A stretch of 64,000 bases of DNA from Candidatus Latescibacterota bacterium (GTDB taxonomy: Bacteria; Latescibacterota; UBA2968; UBA8231). The position numbers and the translations under genes were made by a program. The stretch's first letter is position 1. Every line of letters starts with the position of its first letter. The stretch lies in the NCBI GenBank assembly GCA_963422735.1, contig OY730476.1:992001-1056000 (forward strand), written 5' to 3'. The notes under the pieces are model-generated. The model made no database searches. It saw only the letters and a program-made list of their open reading frames with translations, and was not told the origin of the DNA. This document shows, piece after piece, positions 9,226 through 19,347 of the stretch.

Positions 9226-10494
9226 TCACAGTAACTCGTCGGCGCACTCGGCCACCTTGCGGAAGGACGCAGCGTATTGCTCGATAACTGTGGCGTCGTA
9301 GTGCTTGAACCAAGGAATCGAATAGATGCGGCCGGTCATGCGCTCGGTCGCCGGCAGACTGCCCGGCCCTTGCCGCAGATCGCGGTTGGAGTGGGCGATG
9401 CGCGTGGGTTGGCCGTGTCCGTAAATATCGGCCTCGTTGAGCACCGGGTGCAGGTGCATCAGTTCATTGGCTCCCGGAAGGATCCTGTACGCCCCGGTCT
9501 CGGCCGTGACCGCCGCGCAGAAGCGCTCGACCGGTAGGCCGCCTAGCTCTTCGGGCACATACAGCCCCTTGGCCGCGTACCATCCGCCCATCGTCGAGCC
9601 GCTGTCAGCCGGCGGCCGATGCGCCTTGATCCCCGGGACGCCTTCGAGCCGATCCCAGAAGTAATTCATCGCCCGCTGGATCTCCTGCATCCGCTCGTCG
9701 TAGTGCTTTAGTTGCGTGCGACCCACCGCCGAAGATAGCTGATGCATCCGGTATTTGTACCCGCCCAGCGGCATCCCGGCAAAAGGCCTCAGCGCGGGAT
9801 CCTCTAGGGAACGGGTGCGCTCATAGTGCCCAAAGGCCGCAATGCGCTCGTACAGGGCTTGATCGTCGGTGACCACAAAGCCCCCCTCGCCGCAGGCCAG
9901 TGACTTGCCCGACATAATCGACATGGCACCGATGTGGCCGATGGTGCCCAGCCGCCGCCCCTTGTAGCGGCCGCCTTGAGCGTGCGAGACGTCTTCAATC
10001 ACCTTCAGCCCGTGTCGCTCGGCAATTTCCATAATCGGATCCATATCGGCTGGATAAGCGCAGTAATGCACGGGAACAATGGCCTTCGTCCGCTCGGTAA
10101 TGCGGTGCTCGATGTCGTTGGGGTCCATCGTCAGGGTGTCGGGGTCGATTTCGGAAAACACCACCGTCCCCCCCAGTGAGAACACCTGCAGCGACGTGCC
10201 CCAAAAGGTCATGCTCTGCGAGATGACCTCGTCACCAACGCCGACGCCGCAGGCCCACAGCGCGGCGTGGATCGCCGCCGTGCCCGTGTTGTGACAGAGG
10301 GCGTACTGCAAGCCAAAGTAGGACTTCAAATCCTCTTCAAAGGCCAAGGTTAGATCCCAGCCCGACATCGCCCCGCGACGCAGCACATCCAGCACGGCTG
10401 CCTCATCCTCGGCAGTGATGATCGGCCAGCGGAACATATCGCCTTCGTCAGCGGTGACGGCCTTGGGACCGCCGAAAAAGGCCAACTTGCTCAT
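9226..10494 (-). CDS. DegT/DnrJ/EryC1/StrS family PLP-dependent aminotransferase
   Basis: IEDVSHAQG, SIMSGKSLACGEGG and GYKYRM motifs; start uncertain. Confidence 0.92.
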   Translation of the reverse strand: MSKLAFFGGPKAVTADEGDMFRWPIITAEDEAAVLDVLRRGAMSGWDLTLAFEEDLKSYFGLQYALCHNTGTAAIHAALWACGVGVGDEVISQSMTFWGTSLQVFSLGGTVVFSEIDPDTLTMDPNDIEHRITERTKAIVPVHYCAYPADMDPIMEIAERHGLKVIEDVSHAQGGRYKGRRLGTIGHIGAMSIMSGKSLACGEGGFVVTDDQALYERIAAFGHYERTRSLEDPALRPFAGMPLGGYKYRMHQLSSAVGRTQLKHYDERMQEIQRAMNYFWDRLEGVPGIKAHRPPADSGSTMGGWYAAKGLYVPEELGGLPVERFCAAVTAETGAYRILPGANELMHLHPVLNEADIYGHGQPTRIAHSNRDLRQGPGSLPATERMTGRIYSIPWFKHYDATVIEQYAASFRKVAECADELL

Positions 10495-10549
10495 CGCCAT
10501 GCTATAGCCATCCCAAGTCATTCATAAGTAGGTAAGCGATAATCTACGT

Positions 10550-11536
10550 TTAAGAACCCGTAATTTTTCGCAGCCGCGCTGGCGTCGGCATGTAATCGCT
10601 CTCCCACACCTGCTGCACCACCCCGTCTTCGATATAGGCCAAGCGCGGATAACCGTGGCCAAAGATCAAGCGACGCAAGTCCGTCGTCGATATGGTGGCA
10701 ATGTCAAAGCGCGGTTGCAGCCGCTTCTTGAAGTCGATCAATTGCGGCGAGTCCTGCGCGAAACTCGTCAGGGCAATGAGCCGCGGCAACTGTGGGTCTT
10801 GTGCGAGGCCGTTCATCTTGGGTACGGCGTTTTGGCAGTGGATGCACGTGGGGCTGAACAACTCGATCAGGTACTCACCCTGCATCAAATCGACATCCAG
10901 CCCCTTGAGTGCCAAGCCAGAAAGCCGCACGCCGCTTTTGAGATCCGACTGCACAGTGCGCTCTATCTCGGGGAAAAACCGCCCACCGCCCACCGCCAGT
11001 CCGACGACGAGCGCACCTAACACCATCCGACTCGCCAGTGGCCAAACAGGCGCGCCGCCCGCCCCCCACCAATTGGGCCGATCAACCGCCGGCGCGGCAC
11101 TTGCACTGCGGTGCATTCCCCACCAAGCAAACAGCAGCACTGCCAGCATTGCGCCATCTTCTATTGTCGCTTCCTTTGGTCCGCGCTCAACGAGGGCACC
11201 AAAGCAGCCGCAGTCTATCGAGGCCCCCATGTGCCAAGCCTTGGCCGTCAGCGCGGTAAACGCAGCCATCAGCACCGTCGCCAGCGGCAAGCACAGCCGC
11301 GGATACCAGTTGAGCAGCAGTGCCCAGCCGAGGACGAATTCAATGGGCCCCAATGCGATGGCCACCTTGGCGGCTGCCGACGCGGACTCCCATTCTACCA
11401 CCCCGAGCATCTGCGCATAGGGAATGGCCTCCCAAAAAAAGAGCACCGGCTCCCATATCTTAATCGCTCCAGCAACTATATATACGACTCCGATAACCAT
11501 CTGGCCGACGCGCGCGGCCTTGCTTATAGCGTCCAT
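10550..11536 (-). CDS. MauE/DoxX membrane protein fused to a thioredoxin-like domain
   Basis: DCGCFG motif, transmembrane segments, C-terminal FSPTCIHC and GYPR. Confidence 0.85.
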   Translation of the reverse strand: MDAISKAARVGQMVIGVVYIVAGAIKIWEPVLFFWEAIPYAQMLGVVEWESASAAAKVAIALGPIEFVLGWALLLNWYPRLCLPLATVLMAAFTALTAKAWHMGASIDCGCFGALVERGPKEATIEDGAMLAVLLFAWWGMHRSASAAPAVDRPNWWGAGGAPVWPLASRMVLGALVVGLAVGGGRFFPEIERTVQSDLKSGVRLSGLALKGLDVDLMQGEYLIELFSPTCIHCQNAVPKMNGLAQDPQLPRLIALTSFAQDSPQLIDFKKRLQPRFDIATISTTDLRRLIFGHGYPRLAYIEDGVVQQVWESDYMPTPARLRKITGS

Positions 11537-11548
11537 AATAAGTGCTCC

Positions 11549-14500
11549 TCAGTTGGTCAACTCGGTGAATACGGCTGAGAATACGCACCGCGTCTGCTGC
11601 ATGCGCGCCTCTACTTCGTCTTGGAAGGCCGCTACGTCTTCGCTGCCGAGGGCGCGGCTCAATATCTCCAACTCCCGGCCGGTCGGCAGGGCGTCGCTGG
11701 CTCTTTCGCTGGCGAGCCGCATGCCCTTTTCCACGGCTCGCAGATACTCGTACGCATCGAGAAGAAAGCGGCCCTGCTCCGGATCTAAACAACCCCGCTC
11801 GACGAGTAACTGCAGCGCATGTCTCGTGCTACCTACGCGCAAGTGCCGGTCTCGATAGCCCCACTTGAGCACGAGTACCTGCGCCACAAACTCGATATCG
11901 ACGATGCCGCCCGGGCCGCGCTTGATGTTGATGCGCGCCCGGCGCTTGCCCTGCGGCTCCATTCGCTGGCGCATCTCCTGCATCTGCGCGCCCAAGGCTT
12001 CGTCCACTTCCCGGCTGTAAACGAAGCGCTCAATCGCCCGCAAGACCCGCGCACCAAACTCGGCATCGCCGGCCACTTGGCGAGCGCGACTCAGCGCCAT
12101 CCGCTCCCAAGTGGCCGCCCGCTGCGCCAAGTAGCGGCGGTAGCCGACCAGCGAGATGGCCATGGGGGCACCGGCCCCTTCGGGTCGGAGCCGCGCATCC
12201 ACCGAGTACAGCCCCTGCTCGGCTAACAGGGCGATCAAGCGCTGGCTAAGCTCGATGAAAAACACGCTATTCGGTACGCCGCGGCGCGTCTTGCCGTCGC
12301 TTTCGTACACGAAAAACAAATCCAGATCCGAGCCAAAATCCACCTCGCGGCCCCCAAATTTGCCAGCGGCCAACACGGCGAACCGCACGTCGCGACCCTG
12401 TCGGTTGCGCGGCTTGCCCCACCGCCGTACCAACGGACGCCAAGCCAGCCGATAAACCGCTTGCAACACCTCGTCGCCCAACTCCGTCAGCCGCAGGAAA
12501 GTCTCCTCCTCGGTCGCCAACCCCATCAGGTCGTCGGCCCCAATCCGCAGAAGGGATCGATTCTGCATCCGCGCAACGGCGTGCAAATCACCGCGCACTG
12601 GACCAGGCTCCAAGCCCCGGCCAGCTTGGTCGATTAAGCTGTCGAGCAGGGCCGGATCGCGGCGCAAAAGATCGGCGAGAAAGCGGCTTGCCCCACAGAT
12701 GGCAATGATCAAGGTGCGGAAGCCTGCGTACTCTTGTAATAAGGAGTACAAAGCACCCGGCGCACCATACGCCTCGACTAGTTGAGTGAAGCGCAAAAGC
12801 CCTTGATCCGGGTCGGGAGCCGCAGCCAGCGAATTCAGCAATTCCGGCAACAGGGCCTCAAAGCGTGCGCCCCCCCCACTCAACAGCAGGCCCATGGCCG
12901 CCAGCCGATGCAAGCGACGGTGTGCAGCCGCCCCATCGACAAAGCCCCGCGCCGCCAAGTCGGCTTTTGCCACCTCGCTGCCGCTTTCAACTTCCAAGAG
13001 CCACGTCGGGGAGCGCGGAGCCGCCGCGTCGCTGTAAAACAGCGCGGCAAACAGCCGGCGCACCCGCAGCCGATGCCCGGCCAGCTCACCGGCAAAGGCC
13101 CGTGCATCTCCATAGCCCATAATCAGGGCCAAGGCTCGCGCGGCCCGCGCCTCTTCCGGGATGGCGTAGTCGGGACGGCCAGAGGCGATTTGTAGTAGGT
13201 TTTCAACGCGGCGAAAAAACTCGTACGCGCTCTTTAGCGCACTGGCCTCTGCCACAGTCAATGCCGTCACCGCGGCCAAGCAGTCGATGGCGGCCAGCGT
13301 GTTGTGGATGCGCGCTTGGGGATGGATGCCCCCGTAGAGTAGCTGTAGGCACTGGACGATGAATTCGATGTCGCGGATCCCACCGGCTTGCAACTTGATG
13401 TTGTTCTCGCCGCGGGGACGCTCGCGGATGCTCGCCTCAATCCGCTCCTTGATGCGGCGGATTTCCTCGTGCGGTGCCGAGTGGAAGTGGGCCGGGTAGA
13501 TAAAGGGCCGGAGCATGGCCGCGTATTGTCCCCCCAACGTCGGCGATCCCGCCACGCGCCGGGCCTTGATGAGCATCTGCCGCTCCCACAGTTCCCCACG
13601 CGTCTCGTAATAAGCCCAACTCGCACGCAACGAGTGGGTCAAGGTACCGCTCGCGCCTTCGGGGCGCAGCCGCATATCGACTCGGTAGAAAAACCCATCC
13701 TTGGTCGCCGCGGTCAGCACCTGGACTAGGCGCTGGCCCAAGCGGCGGAAGAACTCGCTGTTCGCCAGCGGCGTCCCCCCCCGTTCGGGCTGGGTCTCGC
13801 CTTCGCCGTCCCACACGAAAATCAGGTCAATGTCCGAGCTATAATTTAACTCCTGCCCTCCATATTTGCCCAAACCGACGACGAGGAAGCGCGCCGGGCG
13901 GCCGCGTTCGTCTAGCGGCTGCCCGTGGTCATGCCACAAGTCGTACTGGCATGTTTCGAGGGCTAACTCGACCACCATGTCGGCTAGGTCAGCTAGCTCT
14001 TTCCCTATTTGTGCGACCGGCTTAGTGCCGAGGATCTCGGCGGCACCAATGCGCAAAATTTCGCGCCGATGCACCCGCCGCAATACCTCCAAACGCTCCT
14101 CGGACTCGGAGGTATGACCGAGCTCGGTGCGCAAAATCTGCCGTAGGACACTCCGCTTTAGCGGCTCGACTAAATGCGGGGTCTCGGCCAACAGCCACAG
14201 CAGGAACTCGGAATTGCACACCAAGATGTCGGCGAGAAAGGTGCTGTGACTCACGATCTGCACCAAGCGCTGGCACAGGATGGAGTCGGCCTCCAAGTGA
14301 GATAAAAGCCCCCGCGGACTGCCGTACGCCATGGCCAAACGCGCCAACTGCCGCAGCCCCTCGTCCGGCCGTCCCGTCGCGGCTAGTTCGGCCAACGCGA
14401 GGGCTGGCAGCGGCGCGGATTGCGGCGGGCTGCCCATCCGGTCCAAGGTCTCTAGAGCCTGGACCGGATGGGCAAAGCCCAATTGCTCTAGTGGATCCAG

Positions 14501-14557
14501 GGCTTTGGCCGCGTCGGCAGTGAGGGCGCAACGGGCCAGTTCCAATGCGGTGGGCAC
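11549..14557 (-). CDS. glnE: Bifunctional glutamine synthetase adenylyltransferase/adenylyl-removing enzyme
   Basis: Two nucleotidyltransferase domains (GKYGGQELNYSSDIDL; GKFGGREVDFGSDLDL), each followed by a DxRLRPEG motif; start set at GTG just after glnB. Confidence 0.93.
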   Translation of the reverse strand: MPTALELARCALTADAAKALDPLEQLGFAHPVQALETLDRMGSPPQSAPLPALALAELAATGRPDEGLRQLARLAMAYGSPRGLLSHLEADSILCQRLVQIVSHSTFLADILVCNSEFLLWLLAETPHLVEPLKRSVLRQILRTELGHTSESEERLEVLRRVHRREILRIGAAEILGTKPVAQIGKELADLADMVVELALETCQYDLWHDHGQPLDERGRPARFLVVGLGKYGGQELNYSSDIDLIFVWDGEGETQPERGGTPLANSEFFRRLGQRLVQVLTAATKDGFFYRVDMRLRPEGASGTLTHSLRASWAYYETRGELWERQMLIKARRVAGSPTLGGQYAAMLRPFIYPAHFHSAPHEEIRRIKERIEASIRERPRGENNIKLQAGGIRDIEFIVQCLQLLYGGIHPQARIHNTLAAIDCLAAVTALTVAEASALKSAYEFFRRVENLLQIASGRPDYAIPEEARAARALALIMGYGDARAFAGELAGHRLRVRRLFAALFYSDAAAPRSPTWLLEVESGSEVAKADLAARGFVDGAAAHRRLHRLAAMGLLLSGGGARFEALLPELLNSLAAAPDPDQGLLRFTQLVEAYGAPGALYSLLQEYAGFRTLIIAICGASRFLADLLRRDPALLDSLIDQAGRGLEPGPVRGDLHAVARMQNRSLLRIGADDLMGLATEEETFLRLTELGDEVLQAVYRLAWRPLVRRWGKPRNRQGRDVRFAVLAAGKFGGREVDFGSDLDLFFVYESDGKTRRGVPNSVFFIELSQRLIALLAEQGLYSVDARLRPEGAGAPMAISLVGYRRYLAQRAATWERMALSRARQVAGDAEFGARVLRAIERFVYSREVDEALGAQMQEMRQRMEPQGKRRARINIKRGPGGIVDIEFVAQVLVLKWGYRDRHLRVGSTRHALQLLVERGCLDPEQGRFLLDAYEYLRAVEKGMRLASERASDALPTGRELEILSRALGSEDVAAFQDEVEARMQQTRCVFSAVFTELTN

Positions 14558-14567
14558 TGCCGGGGCT

Positions 14568-14906
14568 TCAGAGGGCGTTTTCGCCGGTTTCGCCGGTGCG
14601 GATGCGGATAGCCTCAACCAAGTTGGAGACGAAGATCTTACCATCGCCGACCTCGCCGGTGGCAGCCGACTGCAAAATCGCCTCCACCGCTTCGTCGAGT
14701 AGGCCATCGCCAACGGCCAATTCAATGCGAATTTTGGGCATGAAGTCGAGCTGGTACTCGGCACCGCGGTAGATTTCGCTGTGGCCGCGCTGGCGACCGC
14801 AGCCGCGCACCTCGCTGACGGACATCCCGACGAGGCCAATCGCGGCCAAGGAGCTTTTGACCTCATCGAGTTTGAAGGGCTTGATAAAGGCCACGATGTT
14901 TTTCAC
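14568..14906 (-). CDS. glnB: Nitrogen regulatory protein P-II
   Basis: 112 aa; IKPFKLDEV, YRGAEY (Tyr51) and GDGKIFV. Confidence 0.95.
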   Translation of the reverse strand: MKNIVAFIKPFKLDEVKSSLAAIGLVGMSVSEVRGCGRQRGHSEIYRGAEYQLDFMPKIRIELAVGDGLLDEAVEAILQSAATGEVGDGKIFVSNLVEAIRIRTGETGENAL

Positions 14907-14916
14907 GGCATCCCTT

Positions 14917-15540
14917 TCAGCGAGGCGAAAACCGGGGCTTGCGGCCGTAGCTTACGCCGCCGGCCGCCGGCATCTCGGCGACGCCGAGGGGCTTTTGTTG
15001 GCTGCCGTGGGTTGGGCCGATGCAACTGGCCGGGATCTCTTCGGTTAGCACGACCGCGCCGCGGGCGAAAAAGCGATAACCCTCGTCGTGGGCCTTGGCC
15101 GCGAGAATTTCCACCACGCAGGGGGTGTCGCGTTGGTGGCTGTGCGACTCGGCCGCCTCGTGCGTCAGCGACAGATGCACGTAGTAGCGATCACCTGGGG
15201 AAATGCCCTCGCGAGCAAAGCGCTGGGCCGCGCTGCGGGTCGTACCCATGTAGAGCCGCTCGGGTGGCGGATCCATAGGCTCGCCGTCCATATCGACGAA
15301 AAAACTGTGTCCGTACAGTGCGCGGAGGCCGAACTCGTTCAGTTCAAAGCGATACTGCTCTGGATCCTTGACGAGGGCAACGATCTCGGCTTCGGGCACC
15401 TCTGAGTAGCGTTCCTGTACTCCTTGCAGCACCTGATCCAACGGCGCGTAGCCGTAGGCATCTATCTCCAGTCCGAATTCGTCGGGCCGGTGCCTGAGCA
15501 TCAGCGAAAGCAATTTGGAAATGCGACTTGTATTGGCCAC
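14917..15540 (-). CDS. kptA: RNA 2'-phosphotransferase, Tpt1/KptA family
   Basis: SKLLSLMLRH, RALYGHS, LYMGT and RYYVHLS motifs. Confidence 0.88.
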   Translation of the reverse strand: MANTSRISKLLSLMLRHRPDEFGLEIDAYGYAPLDQVLQGVQERYSEVPEAEIVALVKDPEQYRFELNEFGLRALYGHSFFVDMDGEPMDPPPERLYMGTTRSAAQRFAREGISPGDRYYVHLSLTHEAAESHSHQRDTPCVVEILAAKAHDEGYRFFARGAVVLTEEIPASCIGPTHGSQQKPLGVAEMPAAGGVSYGRKPRFSPR

Positions 15541-15593
15541 TGCTCATCGCGTCCTTTCAACATTAGTTCGCCGGCTCGCAGGCCGGCGCAGTC

Positions 15594-16049
15594 TTAGAGG
15601 TTCCACTGTGCGCGATAGGTTTCAATGGCCTGGGCGACCGCCTCATCGGACAGGGCGATGATTTGGGCCGCCAGCATGGCCGCATTGCGGGCGTTGTCAA
15701 TGCCGACGGTCGCCACCGGGATCCCCGGGGGCATCTGCACGATGGAGTAGAGAGAATCGACTCCGCGAAGCGCGCCCGAGGCAATAGGGACCCCGATGAC
15801 CGGCAGAGTCGTATGCGCCGCCACCACTCCGGGCAGAGCCGCAGCTAAGCCGGCACCGGCGATGATCACCTTGAGGCCGCGGCCAGCCGCCTCGCGGGCC
15901 CAAGTAGCGGTGCGCTCGGGGTTGCGGTGGGCCGAAGATACGACCATCTCGTAGCCGAGGCCTAGCTCTTCGAGCACCGCCGCCCCCTTGCGCATGATAT
16001 CCTCATCCGAGGTGCTGCCCATGATTACGCCAACGCGAATGTCTGCCAT
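15594..16049 (-). CDS. purE: N5-carboxyaminoimidazole ribonucleotide mutase
   Basis: [23 protein letters not shown] and [14 protein letters not shown]; GGAGG RBS. Confidence 0.96.
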   Translation of the reverse strand: MADIRVGVIMGSTSDEDIMRKGAAVLEELGLGYEMVVSSAHRNPERTATWAREAAGRGLKVIIAGAGLAAALPGVVAAHTTLPVIGVPIASGALRGVDSLYSIVQMPPGIPVATVGIDNARNAAMLAAQIIALSDEAVAQAIETYRAQWNL

Positions 16050-16137
16050 ATAAAAAACGTCCTCCCTGCGAATCCTATCGCACACAGTAACGATTAAGCG
16101 TTAAAATAAGCCAAATCGCCCGTGCGCGACAACCGCT

Positions 16138-17334
16138 CTAAGGAGCGTTCATTTTGCGGCGCAGGAAGGCGGGAATGTCCAAGTCGCCAACCGCAGGACG
16201 CACTGGCTCCTGATGCTCCTGGGGGGTGTCGTGGCCGTTGCGCAGATACGTGGGCACATCCAAGGAGGTGCCCGCATTGCCGACGAGGATCGGGCTGCCG
16301 GTGGTCAGCGGATCCGACTCCACGTCCTGCACCGACTCCTCTTGTTCGCGGGCCGGCCGCTCGGCTTCGCTGCCCTTGTTCAGGCTGAAGCCCGTAGCTA
16401 TGACCGTCACGCGGATATTCTCGGTCAAGCTGTTGTCGATTACGGTGCCGAAGATGATCTCGGCATCCGAGCCGGCGGCTTCGTTGATCAGCGACATGAC
16501 CTCGTTGACCTCGTAGAGCGTGAGATTGGAGTCGCTGGCGATATTGATCAACACGCCCTTGGCACCGGCGATCGATACGTCCTCTAAAAGCGGGCTGCTG
16601 ATCGCCTTGCGGGCAGCCTCCACGGCCCGCTCTTCGCCACTGTGCTCCCCGAGTCCCATAATCGCGTCCCCGCCCATGGAAATCACAGTGCGCACATCGT
16701 TGAAGTCGAGATTGACCATGCCCGGGATCGTAATCAGGTCGGAAATGCCGCGCGTGGCCTGCATCAGCACTTCGTCGGCCTTGAGAAACGCATCTTCGAG
16801 GGTAGTGTCGCGGCCGCAGACGGTCAGCAGACGCTGGTTCTTGATAGTGATCAGGGTGTCCACTTGGTCCTTTAGTTCGGCAATCCCGCTCTTGGCGTTT
16901 TTCATCCGCGGGCCGCCTTCCATTAGGAAAGGCTCGGTGACGATGCCGACCGTCAGGGCCCCTTGATCGCAGGCGATTTCCGCAACTGTGGGCGCGGCCC
17001 CCGTACCCGTGCCGCCGCCCATGCCAGCCGTGATGAAGATCAGATCCGAATCCTGTAGCTGCTTGGAAACCTTGTCGCGGTCTTCCTCGACGGCTTGCCG
17101 GCCCACTTCCGGGTCGGCACCAGCACCCAAGCCCCGCGTGACGCTGCCGCCAATGCAAATGGGGAAGTCGGCCCGCGAGGCCTCCAACGCCTGTGCATCC
17201 GTGTTGACAGCGACGAATTCGACGCCGTGCATTCCGGACTCGATCATGCGGTTGATGGCATTGCCGCCGCTGCCACCAACGCCGACGACCTTAATTCGCG
17301 CCCGATGCTCGTTGTCGATTAACCTAATTGCCAT
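16138..17334 (-). CDS. ftsZ: Cell division protein FtsZ
   Basis: GGGTGTG tubulin signature, NLDFNDV and C-terminal LDIPAFLRR. Confidence 0.98.
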   Translation of the reverse strand: MAIRLIDNEHRARIKVVGVGGSGGNAINRMIESGMHGVEFVAVNTDAQALEASRADFPICIGGSVTRGLGAGADPEVGRQAVEEDRDKVSKQLQDSDLIFITAGMGGGTGTGAAPTVAEIACDQGALTVGIVTEPFLMEGGPRMKNAKSGIAELKDQVDTLITIKNQRLLTVCGRDTTLEDAFLKADEVLMQATRGISDLITIPGMVNLDFNDVRTVISMGGDAIMGLGEHSGEERAVEAARKAISSPLLEDVSIAGAKGVLINIASDSNLTLYEVNEVMSLINEAAGSDAEIIFGTVIDNSLTENIRVTVIATGFSLNKGSEAERPAREQEESVQDVESDPLTTGSPILVGNAGTSLDVPTYLRNGHDTPQEHQEPVRPAVGDLDIPAFLRRKMNAP

Positions 17335-17371
17335 GATTATTCCTCCTTGATTTTCGGGGCTAGCACCGCCG

Positions 17372-18544
17372 CTAGTCCCGTGGTTGTAACCACCTTTTTA
17401 CGCGCCCGAATACTGAATCGAAGGAATTTTCGACCAGCATCTGCGTTCCTTTTTGGTTTTTCTCCTCCTGCTGCTCCGCTTCGTAGAGAAGCAGGCCCAG
17501 CGCCGTAGCATACGGCGGGCTAGCTAGCTCTGTGGCCCCCTCAAACCTGACCGGGACGCCCAGACGCACAGGCATGCCAAAGACCTGCTCGGCCAAGGCC
17601 ACAGCTCCGGTAATTTGCGCTCCCCCGCCCGTGAGGACAATGCCCGCGCCTAGCGCGACATTGGGCAGCGCGGTATAGACCTGCCTGCGGGCTAGGGCCA
17701 ATATCTCTTCCATCCGCGCCTCGGCGATAAGGGCAACAGTTTCACTAGGCGCACCCGCGCACTTGACCCGTTCAGCCTCGGCCCGCGCGGTGCGCAGCCC
17801 AACGCCGATGTCGTTAGTCACATTCTGCCCACCCAATCCGATGATGCCCGAGTGGCGCACCCCTTTGCCAGCGAAGACCGCCACATCGGTCGTGCCACCG
17901 CCGATGTCGAGCAGGCAGACCCCCATCTGCTGCTCGTCCTCGCTGAGGACAGCGTAGCTCGAAGCAAGCGGACCAAGAACGACACTGCGCACCTCGACAC
18001 CAGCGCGGAGGATGCTGTGACAGATGTTCCGCACCGCGGCAACCGAGATGGTGACCACGTGTACACTCGCCTCTAAGCGCACTCCATACATACCCACAGG
18101 GTCGAGAATGCCCCGCTGGCCATTGACGGCAAATTCTTGGGGCAAAACGTGCAGCACCTCGCGGTCGAACGGCACTTTGACCACGCCGGCCGCAGCGAGG
18201 ACTCGGGCGCGGTCCTGTGTTCCGATCCATCCGCCTTCGCCGCCGACAGCCACCATGCCCGTGCTGTTGAGGCTGGCGATGTATTCGCCGGAAATGCCGG
18301 CGTACACCGAGTCGATTTCGACTCCAGCCATCAGCTCTGCTTGACGCATGGCCTCGCCAATGGCATGCACGGTCTTCTCTGCATCCACAATTGCCCCGCG
18401 CTGCATCCCCTCTGAGGGGCACTCGCCCATGCCGATAACCCGCAGCGGTCGCTCGGCGACCCGCTCGGCAATGACGGCGCAGACCTTGGTCGTACCCAAG
18501 TCTAGCCCAGCGACAATGGTGCTGCGCTCCTCACCCCAATTCAT
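17372..18544 (-). CDS. ftsA: Cell division protein FtsA (shortened subdomain 2B)
   Basis: GLDLGTTKV, DIGGGTTD, LTGGGA and a C-terminal amphipathic helix; ATG overlaps the ftsQ stop. Confidence 0.95.
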   Translation of the reverse strand: MNWGEERSTIVAGLDLGTTKVCAVIAERVAERPLRVIGMGECPSEGMQRGAIVDAEKTVHAIGEAMRQAELMAGVEIDSVYAGISGEYIASLNSTGMVAVGGEGGWIGTQDRARVLAAAGVVKVPFDREVLHVLPQEFAVNGQRGILDPVGMYGVRLEASVHVVTISVAAVRNICHSILRAGVEVRSVVLGPLASSYAVLSEDEQQMGVCLLDIGGGTTDVAVFAGKGVRHSGIIGLGGQNVTNDIGVGLRTARAEAERVKCAGAPSETVALIAEARMEEILALARRQVYTALPNVALGAGIVLTGGGAQITGAVALAEQVFGMPVRLGVPVRFEGATELASPPYATALGLLLYEAEQQEEKNQKGTQMLVENSFDSVFGRVKRWLQPRD

Positions 18545-19347
18545 CCCGATTTCGCTTTCTTTTTGCCGACGACCATCTGGCCGGCATAGCGCAAGTCGAT
18601 ATAGGCCGGATCGGGATGGCTCTGATGGACGCGCGGCATCAGCTCGCGAATGGTGCGGAGCCGACGGTCGGCTTCGTTTGCGGGCAAGCGTACTTCGAGT
18701 CCATCGCCTACCATCTGCAAGCGAATACCCGCCCCAGACAACGGCTGGATGCCGGCCACGTTGAGGCAGAATTCCGCATCCGCGGCCGTGGCCTCCTCCC
18801 ACCAGCGCAGTATGGCCAGCAGCGCGGAATCCGGCACCGCCACGCCCGGCCTCAGCGAGTCGCCGCCGACGGACAGCCCGGATATGACGGGCAAATTGCG
18901 AGCGGTTGGACCTACGGGGAGCAGGACGCCATCGGGCGCGACCCCGTAGATCTGGTCCAAATCGACCCAAGCCACTTGGCGGTGCTCGACTATATCGACG
19001 GCAATGCGGTCGGGCGGCTTGCGCACCACGAGAGCCTGCTTGATCCAATACATGGCCTCTAGCCGCTGCGCGACTTCGTCCAAGTCAATGGCGAAAATGT
19101 TGGTCCCGGCCGCGAGGCCGCTGGCGGCATGCACATCTGCCCCGTCGAGCCGCCGCAACCCATCCACCTCAATGGACTTAAGGCCAAAGAAGGAAGCTCG
19201 GCCTAAGTAGGTGACCACCTGATAGGCCGCCAAGGTGCTGCCCGTGGCCAAGATCAAGAGCGCAATCCAAGGCCAGCGGGCCTTGCTGCGGCCTCGGGCC
19301 TCCACGGTTAGCGGCTTCTTGCGCGCCTTGGTCTTCTTGCGGTTCAC
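18541..19347 (-). CDS. ftsQ: Cell division protein FtsQ/DivIB
   Basis: N-terminal TM, POTRA-like region, YIDLRY; position in dcw. Confidence 0.9.
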   Translation of the reverse strand: MNRKKTKARKKPLTVEARGRSKARWPWIALLILATGSTLAAYQVVTYLGRASFFGLKSIEVDGLRRLDGADVHAASGLAAGTNIFAIDLDEVAQRLEAMYWIKQALVVRKPPDRIAVDIVEHRQVAWVDLDQIYGVAPDGVLLPVGPTARNLPVISGLSVGGDSLRPGVAVPDSALLAILRWWEEATAADAEFCLNVAGIQPLSGAGIRLQMVGDGLEVRLPANEADRRLRTIRELMPRVHQSHPDPAYIDLRYAGQMVVGKKKAKSG

